This document shows positions 25,382 to 37,245 of a stretch of 64,000 nt of DNA, piece by piece. Within the stretch, counting starts at the first letter, position 1, and the number at the start of each line of letters is the position of its first letter. The notes under the pieces are model-generated. The model ran no database searches. It was not told where the DNA came from and worked only from the letters and a program-made list of their open reading frames with translations. Position numbers and translations under genes: made by a program. The DNA comes from Massalongia carnosa (taxonomy: Eukaryota): assembly GCA_965645245.1 (NCBI GenBank), contig OZ287087.1:1550001-1614000 (forward strand). The letters run 5' to 3'.

Positions 25382-25887
25382 ACCTCGCATGGGTTCCGGA
25401 TCACTAATGATTTATTAGTAAATAGAAGTGGCTGGAAGATATCTAGATTATGAAAGAATGTGGCGAAATGGTCTATATAGCTAGCTAGTGAAGAAGGGTA
25501 GTCGTGCGTGCTAATGGAAGGTGGTGGTACGTGATAATAGATGGCGAACTGAGCAGTGAACACACACATAAACACACGTCTGAATGGACCTACGACTGCA
25601 TAGACATGAAAAGAACTCGACGACTGAACGACTGAACGACTGGTTGATACACGAAATAAACGTGTGTCGATGACTATGTGACACGACGATGATGATGATA
25701 CTGTAGGTGATAGAAGATGATTTCCGGAGATGATGAAGAAAACGCCAGCAAAAAACCCGTTTTATCCCCACACAGGCTTGCCATGTCACCTGACCATAGA
25801 TGACATATGTCGCCCCACCACACTAGAATTTCCAGTTTAGATAGACAAGGAGAACATCATTTTCCAGATCAATAAGAACGGTCCGAC

Positions 25888-27132
25888 ACTTCTTCTATAT
25901 GTCGTGGAATTCGTTCTATCCATTGCTGAATTTGTTTTTGTTTCAGAGTTATTGTTCAGCACCGAGTCCATGCTTTAATAGCCGTATTGCGATTTCGAGG
26001 TGCTCCTTTTCGTGTGGTTTGCCTTTTCATCCAAGGCCAACATTGCTCGATCATATTCAAATCAGGAGAATTACCCGGCCATAATAAACGCAAGACTTCT
26101 GCATCCGTAAAGACGAGGTCTTGATATTTGGAAGCATGACTAGGGAGGGGCCTTGTCCTCCTGGACAGTAGTATCGGGACGATCTTTTATACATTCTTTT
26201 GCAAACGGAAGAAGTTTGGGAAGAAGAACAGTTTTTTGATAACGATACCAGTTGATGCCCCCTTTGCCTTTTCGAGCCACTTTTCCATTCTTTTCATCCC
26301 ATTTCCAGACCGGTTTTCGAACTCCTTTGGTACGCAGTCCCATTCGTTTTATGCCTATTTCCAATTCCCAGTTTTCTTTCGCTAGAGGCTCCAATGCCTC
26401 ATTGATTTTGTCGATTTCTCCTTGAGCGGCACGTTTTTCTGCCGCTGTCTCCGGCTTCCATATATGAAAAGGACCTTTCTTTTCATACGAAAAACAACCC
26501 CAAAACATGAATTCGGAATATCCTTTCCATCTACGTCGAATGCACGTTTGAGCATATTTTTCTTTTGGAGTTCGCCACTGAAGTCTTCGCCCTCTTCGAG
26601 AGCCTAAAACAACACTAGTTTTATCGCTCCATATGACATTCTTCCAGTCATCGAGAGTCGAATGACGATAACGCAAACAGAATTGCAATTAAGCCTCTTT
26701 CATTGCTGAATCAAGGCCTGGTTTCATGGTAGATTTGCAGAGACGAGAGTTATTGCGTCGAAGAACATTGAGAATAGTTGTAGATAAGACTCCGTGCTCA
26801 TATCCCAAAACGGCTGAGTATTTTTCTCTACCATTTCGATCATGACGAATGTTGTCTAAAATGGCCTGTTCAACCTCAGACGTCACTTTAAGAGGACGTC
26901 CTGAACGACATGCATCTTCTACGTATTCTACCTTCAATATTCGCGAAACAGTGGGATCATATCCTCGATCTAGTGCCTTGCGCTTGATATAACTGATAGA
27001 CTGAGTAGAGACTCCGGTGACTGCTTGAACGACTTTGACTGCAATGCCGTGTTCAACCAAACATAATTCTTGTAACTTTTGCCCAGTAGTCAGACTATTG
27101 TTCTGAGTTCTTGATTTTATGATTCGAAGCAT
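25888..27132 (-). pseudogene. Tc1-like transposase, truncated
   Basis: RSGRP, WKNVIWSDKT, FMFWGCF, VQEDKAP, WPGNSPDLNMI, ERIPRHIEEV; stops at 26689 and 26140; TIRs not found. Confidence 0.85.
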
Positions 27133-27162
27133 ACAAAATTTTATTTTATGATATCTGATAAA

Positions 27163-27504
27163 TGAAGGATGAACTGGGTAGTGTGCGTGGTCCACTACTG
27201 CTAGGAGTGCAAGAGAACAAACAAACAAGAGAAGAACAGAACAATAGAATAAGGACAATAGCTAGACTGGTCTCTGTATGCCTCGTGCCTCGTGCCTGTG
27301 AACTGTATATATTGATGTTATGTGTTGTGTAGCTATTGCTACGAGCATGCTTGCTCCAAAAGGAAAAGAACTATCTATAACTAAGCTAAAAGAAAGACTG
27401 TCACCTGACTTCTCCGCTACCTTTACCGAGTATCAGCCGAAAAGAACCAACTCCCGAACCGCTAGCAATTTGAATTTAGAGTATCACCGCTCCACCCCCC
27501 TACA
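27163..27504 (-). mobile_element. Solo LTR of the Ty3 family at 32904-44585
   Basis: High identity to 32904-33260 and 44229-44585, with several transitions and a few end bases missing. Confidence 0.92.
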
Positions 27505-27554
27505 ACGGTAATACATACCATTTTTATTATAGCCATATAGCCATAGTCATATAC

Positions 27555-28157
27555 TGTCGATATTAATAGACCGTGGTTCAAGCCAATTCCCGAAGTAAGA
27601 TCCTGTTGAAGGAAAAGTACGTGATTTCGGACTAATAACCGAGGCCTCGATCTTTCAGATGCTATTTCTTTCTATGCCATATATCTGATTTCTAATACTC
27701 AATGATTTCAAAGCATTGTCTCAGGTCACGCACGTCCTGACATAAGCGAATCGGTAGTTATAACCGATCTCCGATCTCTGACTAGGACACGGCTCGTGTT
27801 CGTAATCTTCTTTTCATTGTACCAATCATAATCACTGTAATTAAATCAACGGACTGGTGACCCTAAGAAGTGGGGCTCTAGGATAAAGACCTGATCGACC
27901 ACTTCTTTCGAGGGGTCACTGATTAATTTATTGATTTACCACTCTCTATTCGTACACTCATCACGAATCCATATAGTAGTCACGCTGTTAGACTCGACCA
28001 CTTACATTTTGATCAGTCCTATATCCTAGTAAAAGCCCGACGATACTATGGCACCCCGACGTGCGACTTCAGCTGTGGTCAGAGGTAATTCCTCTGGAAA
28101 CAACGAGTCGGACACAGTAGAAAACACGCCCGACTCCGGGACGACTAACACGCCTCT
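27555..28157 (+). mobile_element. Probable 5' stub of an LTR retrotransposon (LTR, PBS-like TGGTGACCC, gag start)
   Basis: Repeat copy 2 starts with TG; TGG at ~27855; ORF MAPRRATS.. at 28048 is cut by the hAT end. Confidence 0.5.
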
Positions 28158-30422
28158 TACGCCGCGGAATGGGTTGGTTATTACCCAACCCAAAACCCAA
28201 CCCAATGGGTTATGGGTTGGGTTGGGTTGGGTTATTAAAATGAGAACCCAACCCAATGGGTTTTGGGTTGGGTTAGGTTATCGTTGGGTAACCCAACAGA
28301 AAAGGGTACTGATATACATATGGACACCCCATCCGCTACCTAGACACAACCTTTCCGGCTACCTAGACACACCCCTTCCGGATTTTCAATCATTGTAGAT
28401 CTATTTTAATGACTATCACAAAGTAAAATGTGGATTATAGATAAAACATTTATTTCGTTGACGTCGAACTACCATAAAGACTGTCACAAATTCATATGCT
28501 ATCTTCTATCGAATATCGAAGCATGTCGCTCATTCATCGCTTCCTATTCAAAACTCGTAAAGAAAGTCTCTCGCCATATCTTCCTTTACTCTCCACCTTC
28601 TTGTCACCCCCAACCTCTCCACCCCCCTCCTCTACCTCATCCTCCTCCTCCTCCTCCTCCTCCTCATCCACTACACCCTCTTCCTCCTCCTCCTCCTCCA
28701 CCTCATCCACCACACCCTCCTCTATCATACCCTCCTTCACCTCCTCGCTTGATGGAAGCCTACCCCTTCTTATGCGCGTTGCAATCCTCTTATTCCTATC
28801 GCGTTGCTCGGAAATGGAGTTTCTGTTATTGTAAGTTCGTTTCTTACTTTTCTGTAGAATAATTAGCTCAAGAAGACACGAAAGTAAGTGACTCGATGCT
28901 TACATCTCGCGCTGAGACCTGCTCAACCTGCGATGACCCGATCTGCGTTAACTGATCCTCGTCATTGTTATCGTCTTCTTCATCACTAATGTAGACCTTC
29001 TGAAAAACCTGTGTTAGGTCTTCATGTCGCCTTTGCATCTCATCAGTCAAATCCTCAAGACTCATGCTTTCTTCTTCTTCTTCCAAATCTACGTGTAAAC
29101 TTGCATCTGCATTCTCCTTCTGATCGTAGAAACGAACCATCATCATCGCGGAGAATGTATCCGGATGAAAACTTTTGCGATGATCGTAAAGGGCTCCCGC
29201 AACGCTAAAAACGCGCTCACATCCAACGCCAGCGGCTGGTACAGCAAGGATGTCCCTGGCAACCATACTCATTTGTGGAAATTCCGGCTCGAGATCTTTC
29301 CACTGTTGTAGAATAGGACCCGAACGATCATGCATCGCTGTGTATTGTAAATAAGTTGAACACAATGAGAAAAGACCTGATTTATTGTATCAGTTAACCT
29401 ACCTCGCTGACGATAGCAGTTGAACTCGTCATCTAGAGCGAGCGGAGTAGCATTATTCGTACTCAGAAGAAGATCCAGATTATTCAAGTCTCGAATGACC
29501 GCGACATTACGCCCGCGTACTTGTGAGGTTTGAGAATTCTCGTAGATATCGAATTCCGCTTCCAGAGATTGCCAATATTAATCTTCCCATCGACTTTCCC
29601 CATAGGGCGCATCCCAATTGGGACCCTTGAAAATTAGGTCCTTCTTATTGGGAGATAGCAATGCCGCCTTTCCATATAGATCACCTAATGACCCCTGAGT
29701 TTTAGAATAGTATTGACGTAATTTCGTTGCAGCCGCCTCGATGCCATTCAATAGCGCCCGTTTCCACGATACTCACTTACGAGATTATCTTGCGCGAGCT
29801 TGATCCAGATGATCGAACAGCTTATTGTAGATCTCGAACACCTGATGAATGGTCGGTTGCTTTGATTGACCAATCATCTTTGTGAAGACGCAGAATAGCT
29901 TCGTTAAATCGATAATATATTCTATCTGTGACCATTCCACGTCGAGCAATCTCAAATACTCGGCTTCATGTTTATCATGATATCTATTCAGCGCTTGTCG
30001 CAACTTGAGCGCTCGAATTAACATGTGACATGTGGAGTCCCATCGAGTATTTACATCTTGAAAAAGCTTAAGTACTGTACCGCAGCCTGGATGCCCGCAT
30101 TGACTTAGTGGATCGGGTTCTCGTTGCTAACACAGTGGACGAGCGGAGGAAAGTACACGAGCAGGCGTTGGCGATGGCCGAGGAGTACCTGACCGAGTTT
30201 CCAGTGCGTCTCTCTTCGTCATTCAATGCTCGTTGAACAGCGTAGAAGTTCTCCATACGTAAATTGCTACTGTTAATGTAAACAGCTAATGCTCGAACCT
30301 AATCGAAATTTAGAACAACTACCACAACGACTACCACAAAATAAATCTTGCCTTAGCTAGCGTAAGGGGAACTCCAGGTGTCGGGTTTTCGAAATCCCGT
30401 CTATCTTGCTTATCATCCCAGC
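28158..30422 (-). mobile_element. hAT transposon, 3' part, with ACCCAA/TTGGGT subterminal repeats
   Basis: QDVNTRWDST, EWSQIE and dimerisation motif ARDILAVPAAGVGCERVFS; introns; acidic tail (CCT-rich tract ~28620-28745) ending at 28534; palindromic repeat array 28170-28300. Confidence 0.88.
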
Positions 30423-30424
30423 TA

Positions 30425-32236
30425 ACGTAATTCACTAGTCAACGGGACAAACCGCTCAACGGGTCTAACTAAATTTCGCTTAATTCTTGAAGCCTCCCAC
30501 CCATTTTACATACAGTTTCGGCTTCAATGTCTAATAATTGTAAAAATAATGATCATCTACATGTAAGTTTACTAAAATAATCCCATTTTACGTGGTAGAC
30601 GAACAATACGACCCCGTCTGGTAGTTTGAACCTCCTTCACCACCTCAACCACCTCCACCACCTCCTTTGCCCCTTCCACCGTCTCTGTCACCTCCTGATT
30701 GGATGAGGCATGAAGGGGGGTAACAAACATTCTTTTGAAGGACTTACAGGCCTTCTTTGTGAATTACAGGGAATTTTTTGAGGACTTTTCGTAGGGGATG
30801 TAGACGTTTGTCCTAGTAAATCAGGCCCAAATCGACACATTTCTCTGAAGGTTTTGATAAGATTCTGCTCCGCTCGTTTCAACTGAGCGGCCTTCTTTTT
30901 GTCATCCTTCACCTTCTGTTGATTTTTAGCCTATTGCTGTCTTTGTTGAACGTCTTCGAGGCTCAGGACTCGAGCCTTTCCACCATAGTGAGCCCCGCTA
31001 CGATTGGCTCGATGATGCCGCCGTAAATTGGCCTGAAGAAGCTCGTTGTATGTAATTCGTAGCAAGGTAGAGTCGGCAAAGGCGTATTTGGCCCCCTTTA
31101 TCAATTTGTTTAGCGCTCGGGCGGGTGTCGAGTCTGAATTCTCATCAGATCGAATTCGACGAATCAATTGAGCTAATTGATCGATATTTGCAGGTGTCTT
31201 TCCTACCTTGATGACAGCTTTCTGAGAATTCTGAATTATCGGAGCGTCAGGGTCAGAGACCGACGTGGTCTCCGGATCAATTCCGACATTCGTAAAAGTG
31301 GAAGTGGTGGTAGTGGTAGTGGTGGTGATGGTGGTGGTAATTATGCTGTCAGTCTTTCGCAACACCGATTGTTTATTAGTGAGTTTCTGAAGAACTATAG
31401 AAGGATTGTATGGCACTAATCCGGTGACTCTCCACGCAGTGAGCACGTTTTTTGTGTTGATTGCTTCTTTTCTTGCTTTTTGTATGATCTTCAAAAAGTC
31501 CACCTTGTCAATCGAACAAACGTTGAATCGAGTGACGGCCTCCAGTTGTTTTTTTTACTCCCGAGACAGGGACCGAAAACGCTCACGTCTAGAGGTTGTA
31601 GTAAATGTGTGGTATGAGGAGGTAGACACAGAGGAGTTATTTTCTTTTCATTGCAAAACTTGATAAATTCAGTAGAAATATGAGAAGCATGACCGTCTAC
31701 CATCAGAAGTTGATAATCACCATGTAAATATTTTGCAGTAGCAGGTTCAAAACATCTTTTCAACCAATCGACACCTAGTTCGTTATCTGTCCATCCGTTT
31801 TCGCTGGTGGCGATTTCGCTGTGAATATCTTCCAGAATATCCAACCAGGCCTTCAGTTTGTTTACCCCTTTGAAAATGACGAAGAGGGGTAGACTGCGTC
31901 CAGTAGCAGAAATGGCCTCGATTAATGACACCCATTCTCGACTACCTGATTGTGCTGAAAATGCCTGCTTTTCGTGCTTAGATATTACCACTTTAGCACT
32001 AGCGGCCACCCCCATCATGAACCCTTTTTCATCCATATTGTAGATGTCTTCATCAAGAATTCCGTGTTTTTGTTTGACGGAAAAAGCTCGAACCAATGTT
32101 TAAAAAGAGCCAAACGACCTCGCGACAGCATTGAAGACCAACCGTCCAATATGGCTAGCGATCAAGTCTCGCATTGTTTGAAATCGAGAAAAAGGAAACG
32201 AAGCTTGGTAAATTATCGGATTGCCTGATGTTACGT
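30425..32236 (-). mobile_element. pogo/Fot1-type transposon, 5'-truncated
   Basis: TA|ACGTAATT terminus with repeated TCAACGGG; YNMDEKG, GWTDNE, LMVDGHASH, HLLQPLDVSVF. Confidence 0.9.
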
Positions 32237-32260
32237 AGGCTGACCACTTCTTAAAACTAG

Positions 32261-32903
32261 ACGGACAACCTGAACGGTCGGCCATCAATTGGCTCAAGAG
32301 TCCCGGCTGCCAAAGCAACAAGAACAGCGGAAGACAGCGTTGGAGTAGCCGCTTTAACTTCAAATCCACCGTCAGATGTCTCAGGCGTACCTAGCCCATG
32401 CCGTGGCAATGTTGCATCAGCGGTTTCAAAGACATATCGAATACGAGGCATACCACCTAAGCATACGAAAAAGCGGGTAGTAGAATTACTTCGAACAAGC
32501 TTAAATCTTGATTCAACAACAGGAAATATAACGGTTAGGTCGCTAGCTATGGCTCCCGATCAGAAATCGAGGATGGCTACGGTTTGCTTTCGAAGACATC
32601 CCGATTCTCTTCCGCCAGATAAGGAGGAGTGGTCGATTGATATTCGTCAAGATGAGAATGACGAGAGCGATGATGACAACGACGTCATTCCCGCCGCACC
32701 TACAATGACTCTTGACACTCACTTCAAAGGCATTACGGTACTTCGATCCTTCAAAGAGGTCTCAGAGCACAAGATTGAGTAAATCTCTTCAAATAACGTG
32801 TCACCATGTAGCTGACAGACGCAGTTGTATCGCAATCACAGGACTTGGAGGTCATCCTTTTGATTCTTTCAAAGAGCGAGATGGACAACACATGTGGTTA
32901 CGT
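32261..32903 (+). pseudogene. Fragment of an NLR-type gene with alpha/beta-hydrolase (SesB/DUF676-like) N-terminal domain
   Basis: TYRIRGIP..SLA..ATVCF..LDTHFKGITVL..D/CIAITGLGGHPFDSFK..MWLR; intron 32779-32824; cut by the LTR at 32904. Confidence 0.7.
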
Positions 32904-33712
32904 TGTGGAAGGATGAACTGGGTGGTGTGCGTGGTCCACTACTGCTAGGAGTGCAAGAGAACAAACAAACAAGAGAAGAACAGAACAATAGAATAAGAAC
33001 AATAGCTAGACTGATCACTGTAAGCCTCGCGCCTCGTGCCTGATGCCTCGTGCCTGTGAACTGTATGTGTTGATGCTATGTGTTGTAGCTATTGCTACGA
33101 GCATGCTTGCTCTAAAAGGAAAAGAACTATCTATAACTAAACTAAAAGAAAGACTGTCACCTGACTTCCCCGCTACCTTTACCGAGTATCAGCCGAAAAG
33201 AACCAACTCCCGAACCGCTAGCAATTTGAATATAGAGTATCACCGCTCCACCCCCCTACATAGTTCCCCTCTCTCTTTAGGTGTCGACCCCTGACACCTA
33301 TCACTGTTCCTACTCCAGCGTTCGCTTCATTCCGGCCTCAGCAAACACTAACTTCTCCTCATCCAGCTCGGGTCCCGGAGTCGTATCAATGTCATCAGAG
33401 ATGTGAGGAATAGGCCTGCCATGTGACTCTCGCTTTAACCGAAAAGATGACCTAGTCCCAAAGTCCTCTTCCTCTGCTTTCTTCACATGCTGAAACATAA
33501 TAATGGCCTCCTTTAGTGTCCGATTCCTCCATTCTCCAACTGCCCGTGACAGTTGGGCCATATCTACCTCCTCAATAACATCTTCTCGTTGAGCTTTGAA
33601 CTCTTCTTCTTTCATCACCGAGGCCCAGGCATCATTCTGTATGACATATGTTGGAATACTCGCTTAGCCCCATTAGTTCTAGCTCAGCCCTGCAGGCTGC
33701 CATGACTGCTAT

Positions 33713-35878
33713 CCCTCTCGCTGTCATTCTAGCACCCCCCCCCCAAGCTAATCTATATTGGACTAGCTTCCGCACCGATGAGTCATCAGAACATTAGTTT
33801 TCTCTAGAGTGTTTGCGCGTTTGTTTACTTTTCAAAGAATACTATTCGGTCATTCAATCAAAATAAATCACATAAATTACTATTCTTCTAGCTTCGGAAT
33901 TGATATTATAAGTATGACGCTCAATGAAGAAGAAATCCCGAGTGTATCAGACAAATCTCCCATTTCAGCGAAGCAACATAAAATAAATCGCAAAAGAAGT
34001 GTTCGGGATATTTTAATCGACCTTCCCCCTATTTCCTCAAAATATACCCCCATTCGGGTTGAAAACAGGCCTTTTGTTCCGCTCGTTGAAAACGATTCTC
34101 GAAATCCTTTGGGATTATTTCGGTTATTTATTACAAGGCAGCATTGTCGTATCATCGCAAATCATACCAATATCAAGGCAAATAACTACATGGAAAAGGA
34201 GAAGGAGAACAATCATCGGGTTTGGACTGACACTACTGACTCGGAAATTGAGGTTTTTTTGGGCATATTAATTCTTATGGGACTCGATCATCTACCTGCT
34301 ACAGAGGATTATTGGAATCAACGTCCTGACAAACCAGTTATCATGCCTATTCTGTCCGCGATGTCGCTTGGTCGATTTCAACAAATCAAACGATTTTTGA
34401 AAATCAATAATGGACAGACTGAGCCTATCGGACTTGGTCAAGGACCTGATTGGTGGAAGAAACTGGAACCGTTGGCTACTGATTTCCGAAAGACTTCATT
34501 GAAACATTGCAGACCAGGAAGTATGATATCTATAGATGAACAGCTGGTGTTATTCAAGGGCCGTTCTCGACATACCTTGCAGATTACTACAAAAAGTGCC
34601 CATAAAGGATTTAAAATCTACAGTCTCTGTCAGGATAATTATCTGTTGTCATTTATGTTTGCCTCGAAGAGTAGCAGAATAAGTGAATTGAAAACAGTCA
34701 GACAATTGGGATTTTTGCCAAAAGATAAACTAACTCCTAGTGCTTTGCTAGTGATTCAGTTATGTAAAGAACTTCCATCCTCACTGAATTATCATCTTTT
34801 CTGTGATAATTTCTTTACTAGTACGAAATTATTCAAGGCACTTCGATCAATCGGAATAGCTGCCAGTGGAACTGCTAAAAAGGGCTCGGGCTTTCCAGAA
34901 GAATTGTTGGCCATACGGGACGTCACTTCAAAAGGAAAAGACTGGGGTCTTCAGGCCCATATGGTGGTCGACGATAAGGTGCTTTGTATGGGCTAGGTGG
35001 ATAATAATGGTGTGCAGTACATGACCACCGGTCATTCTCCTCAGGACTTGTACGAAATGCACTATATAAATCCGCACAAGAGATATGGAATTCCCGAGAC
35101 CTCTCTTCAACCTATTGTATCGTATTTCCCATCAACTCTGGCTCACTCCATTCCCTTGCTCAATCAAGAGGTTCAACGGCCCTTAGGATTACCGATACCA
35201 GCCCCAATCAAAGAATATAATCTTCATATGGGGGGATCGGATGGAAACGCTCAGCAACGAGCGATTTACTCATACAATCGTCGAACGGATCGTTACTGGT
35301 GGCCTTTGTTCATTTTTATTTTAGATGCAGCCGGATTGAATGCCTATAAACTTTACTCGCTGAACTCTTTCGATTCCGAGGAGATAAAATTTACTCGTTC
35401 TGAATTTCTTCGTCGGATTGCTCTTGAACTGATATCAAATCAAGCGGGCATCAGGCCCGGCTCATCAAAGATAAGCATCAATACCACGATTGATGCTTTA
35501 GTACCATCTCCCATTCATCATTACGTTCGTCTTGAACGCAGAAAAAGATGTGTGCAATGTAACGCCGAGAAAAAACGACCTTCAAAGCGGAAGGGAGAGC
35601 CACTGGCTGAAATAAGTGTCGATGGGCGTAAAAGAAGGCGAAGGGGTGCTCAGACTATATGGGCTTGTGGAGGATGTAATCCAATCAGGCCCTGCTGTAA
35701 GAAAGCCAGCTGTTGGGAAGCTATTCATATGATAGGGGACGAGTAAATAGGTATCTGATACTCCGTACAACTTCTTGTGAATAGGAATAACATTGATTGG
35801 TCAAAAGTTTAAGGTTTAGCGCTTTCTAACCAACAATGGTTTAGCTTGGGGGGGGGTGCTAGAATGACAGCGAGAGGG
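33713..35878 (+). mobile_element. piggyBac-family DNA transposon
   Basis: ~39-bp TIRs CCCTCTCGCTGTCATTCTAGCA(C)nAAGCTAA at both ends. Confidence 0.93.
33914..35746 (+). pseudogene. piggyBac transposase (DDE_Tnp_1_7 type) with a single in-frame stop
   Basis: SIDEQL, GFKIY, CDNFFTS, YNLHMGGSD, YWWPLF and Cys-rich tail; TAG at 34994 replaces the expected Trp. Confidence 0.92.
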
Positions 35879-37245
35879 ATAAGCAGTCACCTCCGTAGTA
35901 ATTTCAACATTATGCCGTCAACTGTTTATTTAACAGGTTATGAGTCCCGGGTTTGTGCTTTGCGCCCCTCCGACGGCATCCTTCATGCATAGACTACGTA
36001 CTATCATGTCGTATCAAGAAGATGATGAGGTGAAAGTTCAGACGTGGAAAGCGCGAAAACGAAGCGGAAACGACATCGAAAGGGATGAGAAACGAAGCGG
36101 AAACGAAGCGGAAACGTCATCGAAAGTGGTGTACGTACGAAACGTGCTGAGGAGGACATCTACAACGGGCGGTGCCTCGAAGACTTCACATCTTGCATTA
36201 CTGGTCAGATCAGCATGGGGAGATAAAAGCCCTGCGATCAGGCCACCAACGTCAATGGTCTGCGGGAAAATGTCTAACAGAGACATCGAGAAAAGCCCTG
36301 CTCAGGCCATCAACAAAACACGTCCATAGTACTCTTCCCATCCACCCATACACTCACAAAAGCTACGTTTCGAGAGATGGTTATGGGTTTAATGAGGCTA
36401 CAAAGCAGGACAACAAAAGACATAAGAAAGAACTACGTGCTTAGGGAAAATGTAGTCAGAGGGAGCTAGATTCGTTCCGCAAGGGGAGCGAATCGGACAC
36501 AGCTGGATGAATCACTTCGCAAGGGAGTGATAAAAGCTGGATAGTTTCAATTTTGGAGGCGAAAGGGGAGCCACGCTCGAAGGGGAGTGTTGGAATACTC
36601 GCTTAGCCCCATTAGTTCTAGCTCAGCCCTGCAGGCTGCCATGACTGCTATAAGCAGTCACCTCCGTAGTAATTTCAACATTATGCCGTCAACTGTTTAT
36701 TTAACAACATAGTCATAATAGTCCACTATGCTATCCCCTAGCATATGCTGGAATTCTATTAGCTGCGATTCTATGGTCCTCTGTCCCTCGTATCGGTCTG
36801 CTGGGGTCAATGTCTCAAGAAAAGCTAGTGCGTCTGTCATGTGGTGGAAGCGGTCATTTCCTAGGGCAATGACTAATTGGAAAGACATGCCAAAAGATGT
36901 AAGGCAAGTAAGGTAAGATAAATTGTTCCAAGTTATCGAGTAGCTTGCTGACTTTCGCTTACATAAGAAGTTGAGCTTAGCAGAGATGTTTGCTGATAGG
37001 AAGATAGTATATGTGCTGATCAGGTAGGTAGTAAAAGCTAGATAATTTGCTGAGTTCTGGTAGTATGGAAAAGGTAAAACATGGATGTGAGGATTCGGAA
37101 GATGGCAATTTCGACTAAGGTTGGTGAAGTTTTCGGTGAATTTTGGTAAGTGTGAAATGAAACTATTCCGAAGGTTCGTGTGCTTCCTCCGCTGACAATA
37201 TGCATTTTACTAAGGAAATTCGTTCGATATAGGTAGTCGGATATG

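Larger units (their letters stand above)
33649..36706 (+). mobile_element. TRIM-like miniature LTR element (~0.9 kb without its insert), Copia-type
   Basis: 119-bp LTRs (33649-35935 interrupted; 36588-36706 intact); TSD ACATA; PBS-like GGTTATGAGTCCC; PPT GAAGGGGAG; no RT. Confidence 0.9.
33310..36888 (-). pseudogene. Third ORF (171 aa, unknown function) of the Ty3 element, split by a TRIM
   Basis: Joining 36888-36707 to 33643-33310 restores one frame (..DYYDY-VIQNDAWASVMKEEEF..). Confidence 0.7.

Noticed and set aside
25379..25805. Further solo LTR (TG...TGACA)
   Set aside because: No matching TSD or second copy in the window, so boundaries are unsupported.
28428..28862. Pro-rich and Ser-rich + strand ORFs
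   Set aside because: Shadow frames of the CCT-rich tract encoding the acidic hAT transposase tail on the minus strand.
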